NCBI GenBank assembly: GCA_025558095.1
Contig: JAIVFI010000004.1
Coordinates: 186,001-250,000, forward strand
Origin: Hyaloraphidium curvatum SAG 235-1
Taxonomy: Eukaryota; Fungi; Monoblepharomycota
DNA length: 64,000 nt
Direction of reading: 5' to 3'
Shown: piece by piece, positions 32,873-45,600 of the stretch
Layout of the letters: every line of letters begins with the position of its first letter
Numbering within the stretch: position 1 is the stretch's first letter
Position numbers and translations under genes: made by a program
The notes under the pieces: model-generated
Told to the model about the DNA's origin: nothing
Seen by the model: only the letters and a program-made list of their open reading frames with translations
The model's database searches: none

Positions 32873-33435
32873 CTAGGACCTCAACGCAAAGTACAGGACA
32901 ACAAGATTCGCGGTCCCGTTGTTGACGAAGCGGTGGCCCGCCCCCGGGTTGAAGCTGACCACCGTCGCCGGCTTCAACCTGACCCTCTCTGTCCGCGGCC
33001 CCGCCGGCGTGTCTGTCTCCGCGTCGACGAAACCCTCCCCTGCAACGGCCGTGTCAACCCATACTTACGAATCCCGCGCCGAATGCCGAATCCACCTTCC
33101 AGGCAATAGAACGTCTCGCTCATGTCGGCGTGCACGTGCTTTTTGACCTCGGAACCCGGCGGGAACGACGCCCGGGCAAACTGGACCATCCCCCTGAGCC
33201 TGAACGCATCCCGCGCCGCCGCCTCGAAATTCCCAAAGATGACCTTCTTCCTGATCTCGTCCGCGTGGCTCGTAGCCACGTCCGGCAGGGCGTCGACGTC
33301 GGCGTGGGCGAACACGGGGCCCGGAACGCCGGCGGACGGGCGGGAGGTCCAGGTCCACAGGAGCGCGGCGGTCGCCAGGGCAAACACGACGGGGGCATAG
33401 GAGCGTTGGAAAAAGGGCTTCTGTGGTGAGGACAT
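32873..33435 (-). CDS. Cupin-2 domain protein with N-terminal TM/signal anchor
   Basis: H.H.DM.E.FY.LEG/EG...H.F.N cupin motifs. One intron ~33039-33096. Confidence 0.8.
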
Positions 33436-33494
33436 CCTCGGACGGCCGAAATGGTCCGTCGATATTTGGGACGCGAGTCTCCTTCTGCGCCAAG

Positions 33495-34389
33495 TCACAT
33501 CACGACCTGATCGTGGACGACCGTGCTCCGCTCGATCGAGAGTTCCACGCCCTCGGCAGCCATCGTCCGCAGCTCCTCATCCCACTGTCCCACCCGCCGC
33601 ATCATCTCGTCCCCGCCGTCCCCGTCCGCGGCCGGGAAGGTGAAAGAAAACACGTGCCTGGGCTCCCCCTGTGCGATCGACGCCGAGACGCGCACCAGAT
33701 GCAGCGGAACCCTGGCGAGGCACGTGTCGCCCGTCTCGCTCGAGGTCACGTAGGCGATCGGGTAGCCGGCGAGCAGAGCCGTGACCGCCGGCATCAGGGT
33801 CCGGGGCCGGGGTTGAGGCAGCTCCAGCGAGCACGGGGACCACCCGAAGTGGTCCAGGAGCTCCGCGAGCTTCGCAGCGTAGTCGTACAATGTCCGTTCC
33901 AGGGGTGCCGAGTCCCCATCGCGCATGATGGACGGGCTACCGCGCCCGGGCGAGACGTCGACGAGGATCGGAAGCGTCCCCGACCGCAGCCTGCGGAGCA
34001 AACGCGTCCGGTTCGCGAAAAACAGCAAGCCATCGACGTCGGGCATCGTCAGCGCGAGTAGGTCCGAAGCCTGCTCGACGTCCTGCGGGGACGCCGGCCC
34101 CGGTCGGTGCGGAACGGGGTGGGAAGCGCGTTTCGGGGACCCACTGCAAGCCGGGCCACCATCCTTCGGACCTGTGCATCCGAAAGGAATGCAGTGTCTA
34201 TCAAGCACGCTGTCCGGAACGTGCATACGGCCAGGAGGTCTACGGGAACGTCAAGAGATCGCAGACGCGGCGGGATCTCTTCGCACCCCAAGCAATCGCC
34301 GAGGCATCGATGCGTGGGCCGCGGTGCTTCTTTTCCTCATCGTTGAGCGATGCAGAGACGGCCGAGAGCAGAGCTGGATAGAATGCCAT
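33495..34389 (-). CDS. DUF4504 / C1orf74-like protein
   Basis: 'LLAGYPIAY', 'CL..VPL.LV', 'FSFTFP'. Exon structure approximate. Confidence 0.6.
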
Positions 34390-34655
34390 GGAAGGGGGGC
34401 GGAGAACGGCCCGGCGAGATTTGCCGCGGGCCGCCTGCAATCTCGCAAGTCTGGTCGCGTCGCGGAACCTCACCTGACCTGTGCCCCAACTCCCGTCCGC
34501 GGCCCGGCAGCCCAGCCGGACGGCGCAGCGCGTTCGCCACGCGCTCCGTTCCCCCCCGCGAGGCCGCGCCGCGCGGCGCGCTCGTGACGACGCCCTCGGC
34601 CGCGCCCGATCCGGAGTCGGCCGCCGGCCGCCCCGCGCACCCCCCGCCGCACACC

Positions 34656-36461
34656 ATGGCGAAGAACGACTCCAAGCCGGTGACAGACTTCCCTAAGACG
34701 CTGCCCATCATCCCGCTGCGCAACAACCGGTGCGAACACCGCGGGAGACGCACCCTACTCCCACTCACCCGCCCCCTTAAAGCGTGGTGCTGCCCGGCGT
34801 CGTCCTGCGCCTCAACATCGGCCGCTCCAACACCGTGCAGCTCATTGAGTCGCTGTGGTCCGAGAACAAGGACTCGCGGCCGCTCATCGGCTGCTGCCCG
34901 CTCAAGGCCAACGCGCCGTCGCGCACAAAGGAGGACCCCAAGAAGCCCAACACGCCGGCGCAGAACATCGCCGCCGCGAGCCAGGAGGCCGAGAAGCTCA
35001 GCTCGTCGGAGCTGCACTTCATGGGCTGCGTGGCGCGGGTGCTGGCCATCTCGAAGGTCAACAACGGCCCCGCCCCGGCTGCGAACGGCAAGCCCGGCGC
35101 CGCCAGCACCGCACGCCCCGTGTACTCCGTTACCGTGGAGGGTGCGTGGACCTTGCTTCGTCGGGATCTGCGGGATCCGGGCGCTGATCTGTGCCGGAAC
35201 GCCCGGTGATCCAGGTGTCTCCCGCTTCCGCGTCAACAGCATCGTGCGCGAGACGCCCTACATCGAGGCCGAGATTTCCCCCTTCCCTGAGCACACCCTG
35301 AGTGCGTACCGCCCGTTTTTGCGCGGAGATCACGCCCGGGGGCACGTCCTGACCGGTGCCGGTTTGCCACCCGCCCGCAGCCTTCGACAAGGACGAGTCC
35401 GAGAACCAGGCCCTCACCCTCTCCCTCCGCAACACCTCGCACGAGCTTGCCAATATCCTCTCGCAGATGCAGCTCCCCGCGAGCGTGGTCAACCAGCTGC
35501 GCTCGATGATCGACGATACGGCCCCGCCCAAGCTGGCCGACATGGTGGCGAGCATGATCGACCTCACCATCGAGGAGAAGCTGAGCGTGCTGGACACGGT
35601 GGAGCCGAAGGAGCGCATCGAGAAGGTGCTGAAGCTGCTGGCGAGGCAGATTCAGGTGCGTCGATCCGTGTTCCGCATTCGTTGATCTCGACTGATCTCC
35701 CGCGGCAATCAGGTCCTCAAGATCTCCCGCAAGCTGCAAAGCACCGTGGAGGGCAAGCTCGGCGAGAAGCAGCGCGAGTACATCCTGCGCGAGCAGCTCA
35801 ACGCCATCAAGCAGGAGCTCGGCGAGAAGGACGAGGAGCAGGATGAGATCGAGGACCTGAACAAGCGCATCAACGACGCGCAGCTGCCGCCCGAGGCCGG
35901 CAAGGCCGCCACGCGGGAGCTGAAGCGGTTGAAGCGCATGCACCCGTCGATGGCGGAGTACCAGGTCGTGCGGACCTACCTCGAGTGGCTCTCGGAGCTG
36001 CCCTGGTCCAAGGAGTCCTCGGACATGCTGGACATCGAGAAGGCCCGCAAGGTGCTGAACGATGACCACTACGGCCTGGACAAAGTCAAATCGCGCATCC
36101 TGGAGTTCCTGGCGGTGCGGAAGCTGAAGAAGGACCTCAAGGGACCCATCCTTTGCCTGCTCGGACCTCCGGGTGTCGGCAAGACCAGCTTAGGCCGGTC
36201 GATCGCCAGCGCCCTGGACCGCAAGTTCCACCGCATCGCGCTCGGCGGCGTGCGGGACGAGGCCGAGATCCGCGGGCACAGGCGGACTTACATCGGCGCC
36301 CTGCCTGGGCTCGTCGTCCAGGGCCTGCGGCGGTGCGCCGTCAACAACCCCGTCTTCCTGCTCGGTTCGTCTCTCCTGCAGCCGTGCTTGTTTGTGCTGA
36401 CGCGCCGGATCCCAAAGACGAAATCGACAAGCTCGGGCGCGACTTCCGCGGGGACCCGTCG

Positions 36462-36499
<38 letters not shown>

Positions 36500-37779
36500 T
36501 ACCTTCTCGGACCACTACATCAACGTGCCCTTCGACCTCTCCAAGGTCCTTTTCATCGCCACGGCGAACGAGGAGTCCACGATCCCCGGGCCGCTGCTCG
36601 ACCGTATGGAGGTCATCCGGTACGTCCAGGCCCTATTGCGCCGACATGGCATCCAATGCTGACAATTGTGTGCGATCAGCATCCCCGGCTACACCTTCGA
36701 GGAGAAGCTCCACATCGCGCGCCGCTACCTGCTCCCCAAGCAGATCCGCGGCCACGGCCTGACGGACGACGACGTCAAGATCTCGGACGAGGTCCTGACC
36801 AAAGTCGCCACGGGCTACACCCGCGAGGCCGGCGTTCGCAACCTGGAGCGCGAGATCGCGTCGGTGTGCCGCGGGCTGGCTGTGGAGTTCGCCGCGAGCA
36901 AGGAGAACGGGCAGACGTACGACCCCGTCGTCACGATGGAGCGGCTGGAGAAGATCCTTGGGGTGAGAACGACCTGGAGGCTCTACCACGCGCATTTGCT
37001 GATGGGCAACCTGGCAGCCGGACCGCTTCGACGACGAGGTTTCGGAGCGCACCGCGATCCCTGGCGTCGTGACCGGCCTCGCTTGGACGGCCTCGGGCTC
37101 GGGCGGCCTCCTCTTCATCGAGGCCACCCAGATGCCCGGCAAGGGCCAGCTCCAGCTGACGGGCAAGCTCGGGGACGTGATCAAGGAGTCGGCGCAGATC
37201 GCCGTCACCTGGGTCCGTGCTCACGCCAACGAGCTGGGCATCACGGCCAAGGCCACGGACCTGCTGCTGGACAAGAGCGACATCCACATCCACTTCCCGG
37301 CGGGCGCTACGCCCAAGGACGGCCCGAGCGCCGGCGTCACCATCGCCACCGCGCTGGTGTCCCTTTTCACCGGCAAGCCGGTTCGCGAGCACACCGCGAT
37401 GGTTCGTTGGTCTCTTCGCTATGCAGAGCCTCGTTGCTTATCCTTATCTTTACAGACTGGTGAGATCACGCTCCGGGGACAGGTGCTGCCCGTCGGCGGC
37501 ATCAAGGAGAAGGTTCTTGCGGGCCACCGCGGCGGCATCCGGCGAATCATCTTGCCCTTCCGGAACAAGAAGGATCTCACCGAGATTCCCAACGTGAGTT
37601 TGCCCGCCCGGCGCTGGACTGCCGTTGTTCACGCCAGCCGTCTCCAGAACGTCAAGGACGAGATCGAGTTTGTTTTCGCCAAGTCGATTGCGGACGTTGT
37701 GCGGGCGGCATTCGACGACGCGATGGCCGACCGGCTGATTGCCCCGGGAATGGAACCTTTTGTGCAGGCGAAGCTGTAG
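34656..37779 (+). CDS. LONP2: Peroxisomal Lon protease
   Basis: [33 protein letters not shown] (catalytic Ser), PVGGIKEK and C-terminal PTS1 -AKL. Multiple introns. Confidence 0.95.
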
Positions 37780-37853
37780 TTTGGGACGGAATTGTGCAAT
37801 GTGCGTGCATGTCAGAACTGTGGCGTGTAAATATCGCAATCTAGAAAGTGTAG

Positions 37854-39647
37854 TCAACACCTCAGAACCACGACATCTCCCCGCCTTCGCCGATCGTCGT
37901 GGAAATGGCTGTTGAAGAACCGAGCGACCTCCCGATAGCCATGATCGGCTAGCCAGCTGCCGATCTGCGGCAGCATAGCCTCAAAGACGACGAAGGTTTC
38001 ACACGGGCGTGCCGAATCGTTCCTTGGGAACCGATGTTCCAGGAAATCAACGGGGTTGGCGTGGAACAGGGCTGCTTCGTCCAGATAGCTCGCCTTGTCA
38101 GAGATTCTACGCAAAGGCATGTCAGATTGGCATCGCAGCCCAACACGCTCACTCACCCCAACGGCGGCTCGCATGTCAAGAAGTCCATCGAGAAGCCCGG
38201 TCCGACGTGAATGTAGCTTTGGAACGGCGTCGAATGGCACGGCATGAGGAAAAACGCATCCCGCACCGTGCCCGCCTGCGCGCCGGATCGCAGGTGGTCC
38301 ATGACATCCATGACGCCCCGCTGGTGCACGCGCGTCGCGTACCAAGCAAGGCCCGCGTTCAAAGTGACGACGAGGAAGGCAAATGCCCGATGTTGAAGCC
38401 CGATCGCCTTCCACGCGCGAGCGCAAAGAATCAGAGCCAGTGGCAGAACCGGCAGCAGGAAACGGAACTCCTTGTGGCCCAGAAAACTGTATGCGACCGT
38501 GGTCCATGCGATGATGGAGAGAAGAATCAACTCCGATTGTCGATGATCTGTGGGGCGTCTGCGCAATACCGCAGCTGCGATTGGTACAAACGCCAAAGGC
38601 CCCAGGAGAACAGGCCATCCTTGAGACAAGTACCAGTGCCATGGATTCTGGCCGTAGAACAGGGATATTCCTTCGACCAAGTTTAGCCTATAGAAGTTTT
38701 GGGCCGTCAATGTCCACACTCCGTAGAAGGACCGGTCGACAACCATTCCGACGGCTAGAGCCATACTTCTGTCGGGCCCACGACGGTCAGCTCACGCAGC
38801 TGACGATACCGACATCAGAGCTCACCCAATCAGCGCGGCAAGCGCAATCGCCCGAATGCCGGTCGGCCGAGGAGCCGAGACGACGAAGTGCAAACCAACT
38901 GGAACCCAAATCAGCGCGTTCGTTGGCCGCACGAGACATCCGAGAGCAGCGATGGTCAAGGCTAGCGGAAGACTCCGCGCGGAACTCGCTTGCAAGTGAG
39001 GCCAAGGCCACACGGAGAGGCCCAATGTGGTCAGAACAGTCTCGGCCGTGTTCGAGAACGCCCTCGGCATGCAGAAGTAATTGAACCAGGAAACTATTGA
39101 GCAGAGAAGCTGTAAACACGAGTGAGCTTGACCCTAGTCCCTGCTTGGCAGGCGCCTACCGCCCATGTTCCAGTGTTGGCATCGAAGAGCACGGATGCCA
39201 GCCGGCAAGTGAAATAATCTCCCGCCGCAGCAATGATGCCGCCGAGCACCTTGGCAGCCACAATCTGCGAGAACACTGATGTCTGAAACGCTGTGCGGCG
39301 CCACGACACGGGAAGAGACGCACAAGCTCCGTCCCAGACGCGTCCAGTTGAAGCACCTTGAGGACATGGAACAAGGCGGCATAGAGACTGGGGTGCACGA
39401 AGCTACGGATCCTTTCCCTCCATTCCCACGTCAAGTACCCGTATCGGAAGACCTGAACGTGTGCAACCTCCAGCGACTGCCAGTACTCGTCCGGTTGGAA
39501 GAAGGTGGCAATAGACAGCGAATTGCAGACTCGAAACAAGAGAACGAGGAGCCACAAAGACGCGGGAAGGTCCGACGACTTGGCACCAGAGCGAGCTACG
39601 GGAGGTCCGCGCTCCCTGGACCCCGCTCGACGACCGGAACGAGGCAT
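37854..39647 (-). CDS. GPI10: GPI mannosyltransferase 3 (PIG-B/Gpi10)
   Basis: TFFQPDEYWQSLEVAH, GYLTWEW, RPTNA, HKEFRF, HQRG, MPCHSTP, FNSHFH. Confidence 0.93.
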
Positions 39648-39887
39648 GTCCCGATTCGTCGCGCACTCCTCGGAGCTGTCCTTCCAGACACTACGGGACG
39701 TTGAAATAAGGTTCTCCACGTGATCCTTAATTCATTCGGCATGGATGGAAGGAAGGGAGCTCGACGCGTGCAAAATGGGAAGGCCGATCAAACTCCGTCG
39801 GTGGCAAAGTCAGCTCCTAAGTCAGCAAGCTGCGGTCAAGCTTTCGTATCCTCTATCCACCGTGCGCAAGGTCTACAGCATCGTCTT

Positions 39888-42800
39888 TCATGTCTCAAGC
39901 ATCAGGCTGGGTCTCGGCTTCGCGTCTGACAGGAATGTCCGCATCGTGTCCTCGACGATCCATGCAAGGGCGATGTCCAAGGCCATTGCAGCCAACAGCT
40001 GTCGCTGGAACTGAAACAGTCGAAGTAAGTATCGTATGCAAAAGCTGCACAGCGTCGATGCCTCACCGGAACGGGCATGCCAACAAGCTGCATCCAGTCG
40101 TTGATGAACGGCAGCACCTGCAACGCCGACGTGACCGCGATGCTGCCCACGATGCGAATCGATAGCCACAACGGCTTGTTCTCGGTCAGGCTCTCTCGGA
40201 ACGGACGCCCCTGGAAAGGATGAAGAGCGGTAAGATAACATGGGGCGCAAGAGCGTTTCTCGCCAACCTGATAGTTGACCGCGAACGTTGCGATCTGCAT
40301 CGTGAGACTTATCAGATAGACTGCCGTGTTCAGGAGGTTGGGGCTGAACTCGGCATCGAGATTGATGTTCTCGTCGCTGGAAAGGTAGTCAGATGACGCG
40401 AATTTGCCGAACAAGGGTCGCGACTCACAGAACTTCTGAGTACTTGATCGCTTCGCTGCGGATGTAGGCAAGGGCCGCGACGTGCACAGCACTTTGACCA
40501 AGTACGGAGAGGAAGAAGTAGAGGTTGAATATGCTTGGTTGAGGGCGCTGCTTCGACAGCTCCTCCAACGGCTAGTGTGCATGCCGTCAGTTGTTCGGCC
40601 GGAGGCGGGCAAATGGGTGAACTTACAGTAGACCTCGCAATTGCAAAGAAGCAGACGGTTAGAAGGACACCGGCGATGGTTGCTTGCCTGTTCAGCAAGG
40701 TTATCGTTGCAGCCAAGGGATCCTGAGCACCACCCACCAGTCCCCCTGCTTGATGCCGGCGAGGTAAAGGACGCTCATACTGTAAGCGGAGATGATGCAG
40801 TTGAGGGCCAGGATCTTGTACATCTGAAGCATGGCGACGAGCGTAGCTCGGCCCTGACGAACAATGTCCCGAACTGGTCCAAGGCGGTCGATCACATCAC
40901 AAGCCTCAATCGAACGGCACAGGGCATACCAGACATGATGGAAGAGATCTTGGAAGTAAACGGCGAAGCAACTGAGGCGTCCCCGAACTTGACCATCGGC
41001 ACCTCCGCTTCCATCTCGTCCAATAGTCTGTTGACGCTGTCCTGCATTTGTTCCGCAGCCCGCTCGTGCCTCTCCACCCTCGGGTCCTTCGGCTTCCCAT
41101 TGGCAGCCACGGCAGTACCACCATTCTGGTCAGGCATCCGCACCCCAAAGCGCGACGCAAATTGTCGTTGCTTGTCCTGCATCTCGTGAGCCCGCCGTTG
41201 CCGTGCGATCTCGCCCTGTCTCTCTACATCCTCCCGCTTGCCCTCAAGCAGGGCCACGCCAACATGGGCCTGCTTGAGTGCACCGACATCGTTCGTCCCG
41301 TCGCCGCACATGAGTGTCATGTACCCCGCGTGATTGAGGGCGTTGATTATCAGCTCCTTTTGAGTCGGACTGACCCGTGCATAGACCCAGATTCGCGGCA
41401 AAAGCGCAGCGTACATTGCTGTGCCCTCCAAGCTCGCCAAGGCTGCTCCGGTGATGCAAAGGCTGTGATCATCCAGAGCGGGGTCCAAAGTCCGGCTTTT
41501 GGGGTTGCACGGGATTGACACTGTCTCCTCCAAATCCTGCCAGCTCAGATCTTTCCCAAAGAGTCAGCATGCGCAACGGGCCTGCTGAATTGGGACTCAC
41601 CGCCCGCACGATTGTCCAAGATAAGCGCCGGTTTCGGAGCAATGCCGACCTGCTTCGCAACATGGCACGCCGTCAGCGCATTGTCTCCTGTGATCATGAT
41701 GGTCTGGAGGCCAATAACGTCAGCAGAACTATTTCAAAGCACAGACACGAACCTACCCGATGCGACGACTCGTTCAGCTTCCTGATGGCATCCACGGAAT
41801 CCTTCTTCAAAGGACAATGGAAAACAAGGAAGCCAGCAAAGTCCAAGCGCGACTCCACGCTGTCGCGCGACGCGTCACGAATCTGGAGTTTTGTCAGCCC
41901 TGAACCAAGTGGGGGAACATAGCACGCCCACCTCCGGCCCCGTCCTCGCTTTCGGGAGTTTCTTGAATCCCAATGCAAGCACACGGCTGCCCTCCTTAGC
42001 CCAGTGCTTGTACATCGCGTCATAGCCCGGCGGCACATTCTCAATCATGCCCTTCAGGGTTTCCGGAGCGCCCTTCACGGCAACAAACTGGAAGGTATTG
42101 CCCGAAAGATCCGAGTAGGAAGCGATAGCCGACATGCGCTTCAGCGCTGAAGAGAACTGGAATCGCCGAAGGATGCGGATCGACCCTCGTCCCGAGCCGA
42201 TCTTGCCGCCCTCCGAACCCTTCGCCGCCGCCCTCGGCAACACCACATCGTTCTTCCCGACGGCCCAGTTGATGGCCTCAAGAGTCGTCTTCTCCATTGG
42301 GTCTCCGATGACCCCATCGTCCACGAGCACCAGAGCATGCGCAGCAGCCAAAGTGATCGTCGTCTCGAGCGGTGCTTCCCGCGGCGACATCAGCGCCATG
42401 GAATCGCCCTCGATGCCTCCAAGCCCCTCCACCACCAGATTCGTGTCCGTCAGAGTGCCCGTTTTGTCGAACGCCAGAATGTCCAGCTTCCCGGCAAAAG
42501 GAATGCGGAAGGGCTCCGTGCAGAACACAAAAGCCCTCATGAGCGCAATCAGAGCATTGTTGACCGCGAGTGAAAGCTCCATCGGAAGCTCAGGCGGCAC
42601 CACGGACGTGATGATGAGGACTAGGGGGTACGAGCCTTTAGAGCGCAATGCATTCTCACCCGCGCGGACGGCACTTACCGCAGTCCAGCATGATCTTGCT
42701 CCTCTTCCTCAGCTCGTTCTTCGTCCCTTCGACCCAAACGTACGCCGATGCCATGACTGCGAACACGAGGAGGAATAGGATGAAGACGAAGGCTTCGAGA

Positions 42801-44189
42801 TTGTTCGCCGTAACCCGCTCGGTGCTGTAGATGATGGTCCGGACAAGCTTTCCCTGGGTGGTTCCGAAACCCGTCCGCAGCACGTAGCAAAGTGCGCCAC
42901 CGTCGGGCGCGGCCAAGTCCGTCTTCGCAGTCGGCGGAGTCACTTGGAGGACCTTGGTTCCTCCGTAAAGCAGGTGGAGCTTGTCCGTGCCCCTCTCGTC
43001 AAACTCGTCCTTCAGATCCCGCATGGCAATCGACTCCTTTAGCAGAGGCGTCGACTCGCCACTGAGCATCGCCTCGTTCGCGATCGCTGATCCGTCCAGC
43101 AGAAGCATATCGCACGGCACCGGGCAATCCTCCTTCGATCTCCCAACCGACACAAGATCGCCCGGCACGAGCTTGTCCGTGTCCTCGATGACCCAGCGCT
43201 TGCCCCTCCTGGTGTATATCCGGTAAGGCTTTATGGACATGTTCCGCATCTCGCGAAGACTTTGAAGCCGCTAAGGAAGGAATGCGTCAGCGGCGTCGGC
43301 CGGGCAGCCATGACTGCCCAAACTCACCTGCATGACTACCGTGCTCTCGAACACGAAAAGCATGATGAGCGTGAAGACGGAGTAGTACCACATCTCGTCG
43401 AGGAACCACAGGGCCACGCAAAACAGTTGGAAGACGAAGAAAGGGGCGACCATGTGCTGCTGGAAAAGCTCCTGAAACGTCGGGATGGGGATGTCGAAGC
43501 TTTGCGATTGAAGGTATCAATGCTCCGAATGGCAGCCTGCAATCGCAGGACTCACAAGTTTGCGCCGAACTTGGCGAGCGCCAACTTCCATTCCCCCTGC
43601 GTGGCGATTCCGGAGCTCTCATAGAAGTGCTTCAGCGGGTAGCTCTTCGACGACGGGTACTGGAGCTTGACGAACGCCCGCTTTGCGTCGTCGTAGAAGA
43701 ACTTTCGTTTCTGGAACACGAAGTACCGGCGTTCCCGAGGCTGCGACGCGAGAAGGCCCGTGAATGCCCGTGAAACCGATCCATGACACAAAGCCCAACC
43801 TCGCCGGTCTCCTCGTCCGGGATTGTTTGCGTCTCGATTTCGCACAGAGCTCCGGAGCCGTGGTGCCGGTGCGGAATGACACGAATGAGCTTGGCTCGGA
43901 GAGGGTCCACGGTGGTCAAGCACGTCATCCATGCTTTTGCGGTCACGCTCCAGTGGGTGGAAAGGAACACAAGGGCGTGCATGCTGCACAGGATGACCAA
44001 GGCAAGGTTCCGTGCTTCCGGCGACCCGTAGACGTGGTCATGGTGGAGCAGGACGCTGTACGCGTAAGCCGCGTACAGAATCGCAAACGGCCAGTAGTAG
44101 GCTCGGAGCCATCTGGGCAGAGGAACGTGCAGCGAGGCCACACGGACCGCGTCCGAGGCCACCAGCGATCTGCGGGACGGCTGTTCCAT
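39888..44189 (-). CDS. SPF1: P5A-type ATPase (Spf1/ATP13A1)
   Basis: [64 protein letters not shown]. Multiple introns. Confidence 0.96.
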
Positions 44190-44241
44190 ACACGACTCGA
44201 ACGGGGCGCCGGGAAGGTCCTCACTGGGCCATCGCCCCTAG

Positions 44242-45334
<1,093 letters not shown>

Positions 45335-45600
45335 AGATCTGCAAGAGTTGGTGTTTGTGTGCGCATGCCCTGTCGCTCGCTCGTCCGTCTGACTCTGTGG
45401 CATCCAGATGCTGTTAGACATGCCATATGGTTCATACCCGTTCAGAGATTCCATTTCATGTATTGCTTTGTCAATGTGCTGAGGTTGCTCATCTTTCCTT
45501 GCGGATGATCGCAGGCCAGGCCGCACTCGGGGTGATGCGGTCGGCCGCGGCCCCAGCCAAACAATCCAAAACACAGTTCTCGCTTCGCGACGGCCCTGCA

